DNA of 43,911 nucleotides from Planctomycetaceae bacterium (GTDB lineage: Bacteria > Planctomycetota > Planctomycetia > Pirellulales > UBA1268), in assembly GCA_027486095.1 (NCBI GenBank), contig JAIXPT010000114.1:1-43911 (forward strand), given 5' to 3'. Under the pieces are notes generated by a model. That model was given only the letters and a program-made list of their open reading frames with translations. It made no database searches and was not told the DNA's origin. Every line of letters starts with the position of its first letter. The first letter of the stretch is position 1. A program made the position numbers and the translations under genes. Shown here piece after piece: positions 1 to 8,955 of the stretch.

Positions 1-1
1 G

Positions 2-106
2 CTCGGAAACTTCCGCAGGCTCGTCGTTCGGTATGAGCGCAAGTCCAAGATGTTCTTGGCCTTCCTGAAGGTCGCATGCCTGATGATCACCCTTCGACAG
101 TTTTGA
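2..106 (+). mobile_element. 3' end of an IS5/IS4-type DDE transposase gene (cut by the window edge)
   Basis: Frame 2 reads LGNFRRLVVRYERKSKMFLAFLKVACLMITLRQF-stop. The RYE(K/R)...F..F.K.AC..I.LR tail matches the C-terminus of IS5-family transposases as I know them. Only 34 codons are visible. Confidence 0.55.
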
Positions 107-184
107 AACCACTTCTAGTCATCGCCAGCTTCGTCGCGTACAAGTCCGGTCAATATGCGCTACGCGATGGGTCACGCGCGAGGC

Positions 185-1942
185 TCAAGTGTGACCCGTA
201 TTACTCCATGCTGCGGTGAGGTCACCGGAAAGCCGGTTCGCTTCCTCAGCCGTGCGGTCGTGGAAAGCTCGCCAGAGTTGTTTGGCTTCCGGCGAGAGCG
301 TGACGAACTTCTCGTCCTCGAGAGCGAAAAGGCTCTTGAGGACTGCGTCGAAGCGTTCTTTCGTGGCCGCCGATACATCGTCGTCGGAATACTCCTGCGG
401 CCGCGAGGGAGGGCATGCCAGCAGCAGCCGTGACAGAAGGCCGGCTTCACGCTCCGCCGCCCCCATCGCCCGAGCGAGGATGCCAGGCTGGATTCCGCCT
501 GTCACCCAGAGAGAGGCTCGTGGAATGTGGACGTGCCGCCGGTCGCCCGTGCGGCGGTCGACGGAATGCGGCATCCCGTTGTAAGCGGAGAGCAAAAACG
601 ACTGATCTGCCGAGCAGCCGCCATGCCGCTCCGTGTACCGGTCAATCGACCCAAACCAGCCTGCAAGCTCGTCTCGAACGCAGAAAATCCCACGCGGGTT
701 TACAGCCATCAACTGGGCAAGGGCCTCCGTGGTGGCATCGCCAACGAGGAGACGCCTCGGGGTGTCCAACTGCCGGATGGCATGGTCGTGTTCATAGGCG
801 GAAGACAGGGCCGTGCGGATAGCGGGCGTCTTGCCCGTGCCTGACTCGCCGATGATGCCGGTCCACAGGATCGTCGGCACCTCGTAGGTGCGTTTCAGCT
901 GCAGCCTACGGGCATTCCCGACGGCGGCGCCCAGGAGCGTGAGTACCGGGAGCGCCACAAACGCTGCATCACACCGAACTGCTGCAGCACTCTCAGCGAC
1001 GAATCGGGCCACCGAGTCGGGCAGGGTCTCGATGGGGAAGGGCTGATACTCGAGACCGATCGGCTGGGCGGAGCCTTCCTGTATCGGCACCACCTCTGTC
1101 CGGCTGGTGTGGGCCTCGATCCGCTCACGGAGAGCATTTCGAGCGGCGTCGTCCGGGCAGCGTTCCAGGAGGTCGGCGACGTCACCTCCGGCGGCAAGGT
1201 CCTCGAAGACAACGACCACCACCGTAGCTCCAAGACCGTCGAGAATGTCGGCGACTGTCTCTGCATACTTTCGCCCGGCCGCATCGTTGTCGGGCAGAAT
1301 CACCACCAAGCGGCCGGCCAGCGGCGTCCAGTCGGTGAGCCGCGCCGCCTGCGAGCCGCCGGCGCTCGTCGTGGCGAGGAGACCAAGGGCCGTCAGCGCA
1401 TCGACGCACTTTTCGCCCTCGACGACGTAAATCGGCGACTCTTGGTTGGCCAGCAGGGCGGGCAGGTTGAAAAGCGGTCTCGGCTCCTGCATCGCCGCAT
1501 GCCGCCAGCCGTCGGCGAACTTGGCCACAGGGCGAATGTCCTTGCCGGTCGCCGTGTTCCAGCGGAGCGTCCGGCCGACCTCGGCCCCGGAGGCATCCAC
1601 GTAGGTCCACTGGCGATCCGGCATGCCGCGGCCGTATCCATTGATCGCATCCTCCGCGGTCGCGAAATGCCGCGGTTGCGGCCGAGAACTCTGATGCTGG
1701 CGACCTGGCCAGGGAGGCTCATCCCGGGCAGGGAAGAGATCCGCCATGTGCAGCCCAAGGCCGGAGACGACCTTTTCCTGGGAGCATCCGGCGAAGCATT
1801 TCACGAGTACAACACCGTCTTGGGTCTCCCGGATCGAGAGACTGGGGTTCAGATCCTCGTGGGTCGGGCAGGGGGCCTTGAAGCCGTCGGCGGTCGCCCG
1901 GTGGTCGGGCAGTCGGGAAAGAATCTTCTCAATGGGCCGCAT
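185..1942 (-). CDS. P4-alpha-like bifunctional primase/helicase (zinc motif + Toprim + DUF3987-type P-loop domain)
   Basis: N-terminal Cys/His motif APCPTHEDLNPSLSI...VKCFAGC. Toprim acidic motifs YVVEGEKCVDAL and ILPDNDAAGRKYAE. P-loop GESGTGKTP in the C-terminal half. Start placed at ATG 1942 (MRPIEKIL); the ORF-track start 1978 is also possible. Confidence 0.85.
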   Translation of the reverse strand: MRPIEKILSRLPDHRATADGFKAPCPTHEDLNPSLSIRETQDGVVLVKCFAGCSQEKVVSGLGLHMADLFPARDEPPWPGRQHQSSRPQPRHFATAEDAINGYGRGMPDRQWTYVDASGAEVGRTLRWNTATGKDIRPVAKFADGWRHAAMQEPRPLFNLPALLANQESPIYVVEGEKCVDALTALGLLATTSAGGSQAARLTDWTPLAGRLVVILPDNDAAGRKYAETVADILDGLGATVVVVVFEDLAAGGDVADLLERCPDDAARNALRERIEAHTSRTEVVPIQEGSAQPIGLEYQPFPIETLPDSVARFVAESAAAVRCDAAFVALPVLTLLGAAVGNARRLQLKRTYEVPTILWTGIIGESGTGKTPAIRTALSSAYEHDHAIRQLDTPRRLLVGDATTEALAQLMAVNPRGIFCVRDELAGWFGSIDRYTERHGGCSADQSFLLSAYNGMPHSVDRRTGDRRHVHIPRASLWVTGGIQPGILARAMGAAEREAGLLSRLLLACPPSRPQEYSDDDVSAATKERFDAVLKSLFALEDEKFVTLSPEAKQLWRAFHDRTAEEANRLSGDLTAAWSNTGHT

Positions 1943-2144
1943 GGCGGTCTCCTTCCTGTTGATCGATCCAGTTCTCAATGGTTTGCCGGGACCAGCGGTA
2001 GAGCCGGCCGACCTTCACGGGCTGGGGCAGCTGGCCTTTTTCGGCCATCCGGCGGACGTGTTTGGGGGAACAGCCGAGAAAAACCGCGATTTCCCGGGCA
2101 TCGACCAGCGTGGCCGAGCCGAAGGGGGAGGGGCGTTTGGGCAT
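1929..2144 (-). CDS. AlpA/excisionase-type helix-turn-helix DNA-binding protein
   Basis: 71 aa. LVDAREIAVFLGCSPKHVRRMAEKGQLPQPVKVGRLYRWSRQTIENWI is the typical AlpA/Xis (MerR-like HTH_17) pattern. It lies directly upstream of the primase and overlaps it by 14 nt. Confidence 0.8.
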   Translation of the reverse strand: MPKRPSPFGSATLVDAREIAVFLGCSPKHVRRMAEKGQLPQPVKVGRLYRWSRQTIENWIDQQEGDRHAAH

Positions 2145-2295
2145 GGGTAGGCCCTCTGAGTACCGGCGGTGAGCGTCTCACCGCGGAAGGCCGATCTGGC
2201 CCTCCAGACTCTTTATGGGAGGGCTGGCCCCGAAATGAGCATGGGGGCCCAAAAAATTTTTTTGGAACCCGCTGCGGACCTGCCGGGCCGTCTCG

Positions 2296-3477
2296 TCACT
2301 TGGGCTTCCGTGGCCGCTTATGGCGGTCGGAATCTGCCTTCATCTGCTCGATCGGATCCGCACGATTGGCCGTTTTCGTGGCCCAATCGAGCCAGCGCAT
2401 GGTATCCGGGTGGAGGTTCTTCCCTTCGGCCCGTTCGGCGGCTGTGGCCCGCACGGCTTCGATGAACTCCCGGAGAATCTGGCTCCGCCGCCATTGTTCG
2501 GCGGTTTGGAACAGCTCTTCGCGTCGCTCCCGACGCTCCTGGAGCCGCTTTTCCCTCTGCGCTTTCCGCTCGGCCTCCTCCTGCTTCAGGCGCCGGATCT
2601 CGTCCTGCCGCCTCCGCTCCTCTGCTCGCTTCGCCTCCTCGCGCCGATACTCATCGATCACAAGTAGCATCTTGCACGGGAGTTCCTTCACGTAGTCCTC
2701 GACCTTCTTCCGCGCGCTGTCGCGGCAAATACGCGTCGAGCGATAGATCATGTAGTCGATTTCAAGTTGGAGCTCGCCGGTCGGGACGTACGCGTATTGG
2801 CTGTCCCACGAGTTTTTCTTCGGCTGAATCTGGCGTTTCATGGGCTCCCGAATGCGAAACGTGAACTCGTAGCCGTGGCCCGAGGCAGCGGTGCCGTGGC
2901 GGTATTCGCTTTGGGGCTTTCCAACCTTGTATCCCCGCTTCTCGAGACCTTTGAGAAGGGCGTCCATGATGCGCAGCGCCCTGGGAAGGGTGGCCTTGCC
3001 GCATGAAATGTCCAGGAACTGAACGCCCTCTTGCTTTCTTGGGTAAAGAAGGCCGGAATCCCTGCCCCATTGGCTTGGCTTGGAGTCGGCCAAGGCGTCG
3101 CGCGTGCGAGCGACGAGGGGATGCGGCGACCGTAGGGCGTCTCCGACTGTGATTGGCTCGGACTCGCTCTCCTGTTGGTAGAAAGCACGGACTTCCGGGT
3201 CGAAGAATCCATCGTCTTTCTCAGTCTTCGGCTCTCCCGGGGCGAAGACGATCTTCTGCGACTGCTCGTCGTCGCACCGTGGCAACGGCGTGCGTTTCAC
3301 CGTGCCGCCAGCGGCTTTCTTCGCCCAGTAGCCGTACGAGGGCCTGGGGATATTGAGCCGCTTGCAGGCCTTTGCGAGCCCAACGTCAGAAAGCCCGAAC
3401 TGTTTGCAAAGGTGCCGCGTCGGCGTTTCCCAGACGAGGTCGTAGAGTTCCTGCCGCGTGACTTCGACGGTATTCAT
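2296..3477 (-). CDS. Hypothetical protein of the mobile-element module, with a conserved N-terminal segment and a charged coiled-coil tail
   Basis: 393-aa ORF. The N-terminus ELYDLVWETPTRHLCKQFGLSDVGLAKACKRLNIPRPSYGYWAKK is a segment I have seen at the start of uncharacterised proteobacterial proteins. The C-terminal ~120 aa are E/R/K-rich (EEAKRAEERRRQDEIRRLKQEEAERKAQREKRLQERRERRE). It is co-oriented with alpA and the primase. Confidence 0.65.
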   Translation of the reverse strand: MNTVEVTRQELYDLVWETPTRHLCKQFGLSDVGLAKACKRLNIPRPSYGYWAKKAAGGTVKRTPLPRCDDEQSQKIVFAPGEPKTEKDDGFFDPEVRAFYQQESESEPITVGDALRSPHPLVARTRDALADSKPSQWGRDSGLLYPRKQEGVQFLDISCGKATLPRALRIMDALLKGLEKRGYKVGKPQSEYRHGTAASGHGYEFTFRIREPMKRQIQPKKNSWDSQYAYVPTGELQLEIDYMIYRSTRICRDSARKKVEDYVKELPCKMLLVIDEYRREEAKRAEERRRQDEIRRLKQEEAERKAQREKRLQERRERREELFQTAEQWRRSQILREFIEAVRATAAERAEGKNLHPDTMRWLDWATKTANRADPIEQMKADSDRHKRPRKPK

Positions 3478-3659
3478 GAGGCGCTGTGGATTCAGAGGAG
3501 TCGGGCAGACACTTCGCCAGCCCGCGGAATCCTACGTCTGTCGGGTTGCGGGTGTGAAGTAATGCCCCGGAGCCCTTGGCGAGACGAGCACGCACCAGGA
3601 CTGCTGGGTGGTAGCTTCATCGCGAGTCAATGGCTCTCGCGAGATGGCAAGGCGGATGG

Positions 3660-4385
3660 TCACCAGCGAAATGGGGGCATGTCGAGCCACACGCCGAGCA
3701 TCCGCAGGCTTCCATCATTCCGCATACCGCCGCCACGAATCTTGGCGTGACACCGGGTAGTGCGGCCTTTGCGTCCGTAGCGAATGAGTCGCCGACGGAA
3801 GGCGATGCCATCAGGTATTTGGCCAACGCGTGCTCCGTTGATGTGCACAAACACATCGCCTGTGTCCGGGAAGTCGTGAGGCGACTGGGGCGCGCAGACC
3901 AGCTCCGCCATTGTTTCGTGGTCGACCCATTGCGCTGTAGACCCACCGACAATGCGCACGAGAGCGGTCTGAGACTGAGATTCACCAGTGACCTCGACTT
4001 CGTAATGCCCGCGTGGAAGCCACAAGTCGCCCTCGATGGGTCGCGGGCGTTTGGTTGGCGACGTGCTTCGACGCGTCTTGCGGGGTTGCGAAGTCGGCTT
4101 CGACGTGAAGTCAAAATCAGAGAGGGTGGCGACTGCTACCGGCTCGTTGTCGTGGGGCAGGGTGTCGTCGATGGCCGCGGGCCAGGTATCGGCTGGCCCC
4201 AACGTTCTTCTAATCAAGGCGTGCTTTCCACGCCTCATGCCAGTAGCGGCCTTGTAGAGACAAGTCGCAGCGATGGCCGAGAAGATTACGCACGTCCACC
4301 AATCTTTCCCGATTGCTGCTCCGAGCGCAGCGGGGGCGAACAGGCAACCCACGGCGGCCATGAGTAATCGCAAAAGGAGACGCAT
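3660..4385 (-). CDS. Membrane-anchored protein with a HIRAN-like C-terminal domain
   Basis: Two hydrophobic N-terminal helices (LLLRLLMAAVGCLFAPAALGAAI and WWTCVIFSAIAATCLY). The C-terminus YEVEVTGESQSQTAL...ELVCAPQSPHDFPDTGDVFVHINGARVGQIPDG follows the bacterial HIRAN pattern (v.GEShYQ..l ... EP.NpyD.nAV.V...g..vGYlp). Confidence 0.55.
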   Translation of the reverse strand: MRLLLRLLMAAVGCLFAPAALGAAIGKDWWTCVIFSAIAATCLYKAATGMRRGKHALIRRTLGPADTWPAAIDDTLPHDNEPVAVATLSDFDFTSKPTSQPRKTRRSTSPTKRPRPIEGDLWLPRGHYEVEVTGESQSQTALVRIVGGSTAQWVDHETMAELVCAPQSPHDFPDTGDVFVHINGARVGQIPDGIAFRRRLIRYGRKGRTTRCHAKIRGGGMRNDGSLRMLGVWLDMPPFRW

Positions 4386-4427
4386 CGGTTGAGTGGGGCT
4401 CTCCGGCTGTCGCCGCCATCAATCATG

Positions 4428-5063
4428 CTACGAACGTGCCTCACGTAGCCGTAAAGCTTGCCGCACCTCGAGGCTCGCCATCAGTACGTGCATTCCTGTG
4501 GCTGGAACTCCGTGTTCCAGTTGCATTGCATCCGGCAGGTCTTGCGCCCTCGCGATCGCGGCCATCACGTGGTTCAGGGCGAGCGGAATCGGCGGGCCGT
4601 CTTTTTTCGTATAGCCCGGAACGACTGCCCGGAGTAACGCCGTCATATCGTGGCAGCTGCTCACTGGCGGTGTCGGAGCTATGGAGAAGTGGAGGTAGAT
4701 CCAGAGCTCGAAACAGGGGCTCGAGATCGCGAGCCTGTAGCCCTTCTGGCGGCAGAGCGACATTACCTCGCTGAGATTCGGCAGATGCCCCCCGCGGGCC
4801 CAGTGATCGAGATCGATGCAGGCCCACAGTTCATCCGTGTCGCTGAGCTGAAAGTTGTCGGAGTATTCGTCGAGCCGCTGAACCACGGCGGCGGGAGATG
4901 AGCGACCATCCTCCGTGGGGAGAACCCGCACCTGGACTCTCGTCGTCCGAAATCGTTGGAAGTAGTGCTCGACGGCATAGGTGTCTTCAGACGCGATCAC
5001 GATCAGCGAGGCGTCGCGGACGATGCCGTCCTCGCGGTCAAGCTTGCGCGGTATGCGCGGCAT
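4428..5063 (-). CDS. RloB-like (Toprim-related) protein, partner of the upstream ATPase
   Basis: Contains the RloB signature SSPCFELWIYLHF and an N-terminal LIVIASEDTYAVEHYF block. It overlaps the ATPase stop by 26 nt. Confidence 0.8.
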   Translation of the reverse strand: MPRIPRKLDREDGIVRDASLIVIASEDTYAVEHYFQRFRTTRVQVRVLPTEDGRSSPAAVVQRLDEYSDNFQLSDTDELWACIDLDHWARGGHLPNLSEVMSLCRQKGYRLAISSPCFELWIYLHFSIAPTPPVSSCHDMTALLRAVVPGYTKKDGPPIPLALNHVMAAIARAQDLPDAMQLEHGVPATGMHVLMASLEVRQALRLREARS

Positions 5064-6420
5064 TGATCGCGGTCTCCTTCGCGAAGGGGGCCAGCAGGTG
5101 CCGAAGTTGCTCGGCGGACCCGATCAAGGGCACGGCGCCGAACCTGCCATGGAGGTATCCCTTCTCCAGCTGCAGGTCCTTCCGCACGTCACGGTAGTCC
5201 GAAAGCGGCACAAGACGGCTCTGCTGGGTCTCATCCTTCTCCATGAACCAGTATTCGTCGCGGCGCAATAGGTCTTGGTCAAGCAAATGGGCCTCATGCG
5301 TGGTCACGATCAATTGACGCCGTGCCCCAGGCATGGAGTCGGCGAAAAGCTCGAGAAATCTCCAGCACAGGGACGGATGCAGGCTCCGGTCGAGTTCGTC
5401 AACGACGAACACGCGAGGTTGTCCTCCACCGGCGGTGAGCAGGGAAGCGAGCGCCAGGAGCCGACGCGTGCCATCGGATTCCTCTCTCATCGGAAGCTGG
5501 TATTCGCGGCCGTCGCGCGTATGGCTCGCCATGAGCTTTCTCGCCGTAAAGCGGCCTGGAGACTGAGGATCGCGGGCGAAAAGCATGTCGCTATCGGGAT
5601 TGGCAGCCGACCAATGTGCGACTGTGTCCAGCGTGTCACGCATACCGTCGGGAATCGACGAGACGTGTTCCACCAGCCGCAATCCGTCGATGCCGGTGCC
5701 CACGCCCCCGAGAAGGCCCTCCGCAAACTCGATGAGCTTCGGGTCGCGGGCAAGCCGGCGCAGCGTGTGTTCGTGTGCACCGTCGATGGGCACGACGACC
5801 AGCGATTTCGAGAACCAGTCGATGATTGCCTGCATGGTCAGCCCGAGCTTGTTCTCCCGCACCTCGCTCGCCCGATTGAGGAATAACTGGGAATCATTGA
5901 GATCGTTTGCCGCAATCGACTTAAGCAGCGATAGAAATGCACCATCGTCGCCAAAACGCTTCTTGATAGCGGCATCGTAAATCGTCGTGTGACCTTCGCC
6001 ATTGCGGTCAAAGAGCAGTTCGTCGCCGGCCTTGGAAACGAGCGCGAGCCACTCGGCGCAGACCGATCGGCCGCATATGTCGAATCCGTACGTGAAAATG
6101 CGGTTCGCGGCGACGAACCGGAACTCAAACGAGGACGGCGTGCCCTTGGCGTCAGGGTCGAACGCGTACGTATCGATGCTGCCCGGCTGGGTCCAGCGGC
6201 CGAGAATGATGTCCTGCGCCTGAGCTATCGCCTTCACGAGGTTCGATTTCCCAGCCCCGTTGGCTCCGTAGATGACGGCGGTGCGGACGACTCTGTGGTC
6301 AACCTCCGGCAAAGGCATTACGTGCGCCGGGTGGTCCGAGTAGCGGTTGCTCGCCACCATCGTGAGGGTGATTTCCTCGCCAATGGAGCGGAAGTTGGAC
6401 ACGGAGAAGGAAACGAGCAT
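5038..6420 (-). CDS. AAA_15/AAA_21-type ABC-like ATPase (RloA/AriA/OLD-ATPase-like)
   Basis: MLVSFSVSNFRSIGEE start. Walker A YGANGAGKSNLVKAI. Walker B/D-loop VFVVDELDRSLHP. H-loop LIVTTHEAHLLD. C-terminal EKGYLHGRFGAVP. Start set at ATG 6420 rather than ORF-track 6468. Confidence 0.85.
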   Translation of the reverse strand: MLVSFSVSNFRSIGEEITLTMVASNRYSDHPAHVMPLPEVDHRVVRTAVIYGANGAGKSNLVKAIAQAQDIILGRWTQPGSIDTYAFDPDAKGTPSSFEFRFVAANRIFTYGFDICGRSVCAEWLALVSKAGDELLFDRNGEGHTTIYDAAIKKRFGDDGAFLSLLKSIAANDLNDSQLFLNRASEVRENKLGLTMQAIIDWFSKSLVVVPIDGAHEHTLRRLARDPKLIEFAEGLLGGVGTGIDGLRLVEHVSSIPDGMRDTLDTVAHWSAANPDSDMLFARDPQSPGRFTARKLMASHTRDGREYQLPMREESDGTRRLLALASLLTAGGGQPRVFVVDELDRSLHPSLCWRFLELFADSMPGARRQLIVTTHEAHLLDQDLLRRDEYWFMEKDETQQSRLVPLSDYRDVRKDLQLEKGYLHGRFGAVPLIGSAEQLRHLLAPFAKETAINAAHTAQA

Positions 6421-6660
6421 CGGGTAAAAACCCAGCGGGATAGGGCGGGATTCAAGCCGCCTTAGCAATACCCAAGTTTACCAGATAGGCGTGAAAAGTC
6501 TACGCGAGTAAGCCAATTCAGGTCGCCGAAGGCGATTCCCTGGCAAATGTCGCGTGATTAAGTCACGACCAAAGCGTTTGCGGCGGTATCCCACACCTCG
6601 CTGACCAAGGCGTCTCCAATCGCTTCACACCCCCCTGGAGAGGTGTGTGCCGGGAAGCCC

Positions 6661-7572
6661 TCACTCCTCGATGAAGTAGTCGGAGTCGAGTTTCTTGACG
6701 ACGAAGGTCTGGGCGGGAGTGCAGCCTACGTCGTGGAGGATCATGAGCCGCGCGAGGGTGCGGCCGTCCACGAGGACGATCTTCGTGTCGATCTGGTCGG
6801 CGTAGTCCACGGCTTCGCTTGTGTACGTGCTTGTCGTGACGAAGACGCCCTTTCGCGCCCGGCGGCCGTGGAGGGCACCGACGAACTTGTGGATCTCGGG
6901 ACGTCCAACAGGGTCTTTCCACCGCTTGGCCTGCAGGTAGATCGTGTCGAGACCGAGGCGGTCTTCGTGGATGATGCCGTCGATGCCCTCGTCGGCACCT
7001 TTGCCGGTCAGTCGGCCGGCTGCGTCACCCCAGCCGCCGTAACCCATCGCCCGCATGAGATCGAGAACTACCTTCTCGAAGAACGCGGGCGTGCGGTCGG
7101 CGATTTCGTCAAGGAGCTGCGCGGCGAGCTCGTCATTGAGGGCCTCATGGGCCTTCTCCAGCACAGCGTCAGGCGTCTCAAGTGCAGGCTGGGGCTCGGC
7201 TGCCTCGCCCGCGCCGTCCTCACTTTGACGGGACTGCCGAAACTTCCGAAACGACTCGAACCGTTCGAGGTATGCGAGGGTGATCGAGGAGGGATTCCCG
7301 GCGAGCACTTCCCGGCCAGCATCGGAGATGGTGAACACACCGCGACGCACGCGGTCGATCAGCCCGGCCCGCTCCAGGTAGATCTTCGCCCAGCAGAGCC
7401 GATTCACGAACCGAGTCTGGGTATTGCTCGGCAGGAGCTCCTGCCGCTCGGCGTCGCTTAGGCCGAAGTCGTCCGCGATCGGGCCACGCAGGGCCGCGAC
7501 CGTCCACTCCTTGCCGTCGGCTGAGCGACGGAGAAGCGGGAGGAGCATCTCGTGGAAGGGGGGAATGGGCAT
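6661..7572 (-). CDS. mrr: Mrr-family type IV restriction endonuclease
   Basis: Mrr_N-type N-terminus (PPFHEMLLPLLRRSADGKEWTV...RFVNRLCWAKIYLERAGLI). Catalytic core GKGADEGIDGIIHEDRLGLDTIYLQAKRW...KGVFVTTSTYTSEA. Confidence 0.9.
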   Translation of the reverse strand: MPIPPFHEMLLPLLRRSADGKEWTVAALRGPIADDFGLSDAERQELLPSNTQTRFVNRLCWAKIYLERAGLIDRVRRGVFTISDAGREVLAGNPSSITLAYLERFESFRKFRQSRQSEDGAGEAAEPQPALETPDAVLEKAHEALNDELAAQLLDEIADRTPAFFEKVVLDLMRAMGYGGWGDAAGRLTGKGADEGIDGIIHEDRLGLDTIYLQAKRWKDPVGRPEIHKFVGALHGRRARKGVFVTTSTYTSEAVDYADQIDTKIVLVDGRTLARLMILHDVGCTPAQTFVVKKLDSDYFIEE

Positions 7573-7685
7573 GGTTCCTTGCCATGGTTTAGTCGGCGGC
7601 TAGCGGGCACCTACGGATCTTGGGTGGAAGTAGGCGGGCCATCGTCTTGCCCAGGGTCAGAGGCCGGCACCTTTTCCTGCGGTGG

Positions 7686-8936
7686 TTACTGCAGTTCTAT
7701 AAGCGGTTTACGGTTCACTTTTCCATCCTCACTCTTGACCATCATGGCTCTCAGCACCATTCGAAATCGTGGATCTGCAAATGTATACGCGTCCTCTTTG
7801 GCCGTTTTCTTGAGCAGAGGCTTTGCTTCCTCGCCATTCGAGCGTGCTAGCCCACTTAGAATCTGATTGCAGTTGAGTTGTACGCCATCGGTACTGTTCG
7901 CAAACTCCCGCCGTACGATCTCCTCTATCTGCGACGTCCGGAACTCGTCCTGCTCGCACTTTGATAGAGCGTATAAGACCTGGTTCTTCCGACCGAGTCT
8001 CGTTTCCTTCTCGTTCATATGCGACTCAATGATTGAGTAGGCGTATGTCGACTTGGAGGTTGTCCAGGTGCTGTCCGCATGTTGCCAAACAGCTGCATCG
8101 ACGCGCTTTGCAGCCGAGGCGATATTGGCAACCTCAAGGCAGTATTCGTGAACCATCTGCGGCACTCGCAGTGTCACATAGCGGACGTGCTGAAGAAACT
8201 GTTCCTCTTCATCTAGGTCGAAGCCAAGAAGGCCGAACCCTTTCTTCACCAATTGATCGCATTGTTCTGCGGTCAAGATTGAGACCTCAGGGAGTTCCAC
8301 TAAACGATTTGCGACGGTTTGGCAGTTAGGCGTGCCGTAGTAGTAGCGTTTGAGGTCGGGTGGAACCCCAACAATCATGATTCTTACTCGGTACCGGGCG
8401 TACCTTTCGTCATCGCATAGCGTGATTATATCTGCTAACTCCTTGAGTAGCTCTTGGTCGTCGAATACGTTTTCTAAATTGTCAAGAACTAGAACCGCCG
8501 AACGGCCACCCGCTTTCCTATTGATGAATTCAAAGCAGCATTCGAGCGGCTCTTTTGCTCCCAGCGCATAGATGGCCTCGTGCGCGAGCGAGCCCTTCGA
8601 AACAACAGCATTTACTTCTGCCTGTTTTGTCTCGGTGTAACCGGTTTTGGTCGGTTCGATATAGCGGTCAATGACATTTTTCAGCTCAGCTGCGATGCTG
8701 CCAAACCGCGACGCGTTTGCGAGATTTGCGAGTTCGTACGTAATTCCGTGATCAGCGAGAAACTTCTTGTAGAGCCAGGTTTTTCCTGTGCCGCTACCGC
8801 CATGGAGGACGATGTGCTGCGTTGACTTGAACGCGTTTTTCATCGCTGTTTCAAGCGTCGGGCGATGAATATACATGGTCTTGCTGACCTCGGCTTGGCG
8901 TGGAGTGAATACCGTTTCGGGTGCACAGTGAGTCAT
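7686..8936 (-). CDS. P-loop NTPase (ORC/Cdc6- or AAA_16/22-like) with a probable C-terminal winged-helix; function unknown
   Basis: Walker A LHGGSGTGKTW (about 8778-8801). Walker B SAVLVLDNLE. The C-terminal part NQVLYALSKCEQDEFRTSQIEEIV looks like a wHTH. The gene is clearly AT-richer than its neighbours. Confidence 0.75.
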   Translation of the reverse strand: MTHCAPETVFTPRQAEVSKTMYIHRPTLETAMKNAFKSTQHIVLHGGSGTGKTWLYKKFLADHGITYELANLANASRFGSIAAELKNVIDRYIEPTKTGYTETKQAEVNAVVSKGSLAHEAIYALGAKEPLECCFEFINRKAGGRSAVLVLDNLENVFDDQELLKELADIITLCDDERYARYRVRIMIVGVPPDLKRYYYGTPNCQTVANRLVELPEVSILTAEQCDQLVKKGFGLLGFDLDEEEQFLQHVRYVTLRVPQMVHEYCLEVANIASAAKRVDAAVWQHADSTWTTSKSTYAYSIIESHMNEKETRLGRKNQVLYALSKCEQDEFRTSQIEEIVRREFANSTDGVQLNCNQILSGLARSNGEEAKPLLKKTAKEDAYTFADPRFRMVLRAMMVKSEDGKVNRKPLIELQ

Positions 8937-8955
8937 TGGTGTTCTCCGTGTAGGT

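Noticed and set aside
1109-2695. 528-aa ORF on the + strand. Similar long antisense ORFs occur at 13579..15177, 15162..16151, 31823..32965, 36796..38850 and 40228..40956.
   Set aside because: All lie antisense to ORFs with clear domain signatures. They are Arg/Gly/Pro/Ala-rich with no motifs, which is typical of spurious open frames in high-GC DNA.
6560-6660. Hairpin CACACC-N10-GGTGTG downstream of mrr as an intrinsic terminator
   Set aside because: The stem is short and no T-run follows on the minus strand, so it is too weak to annotate.
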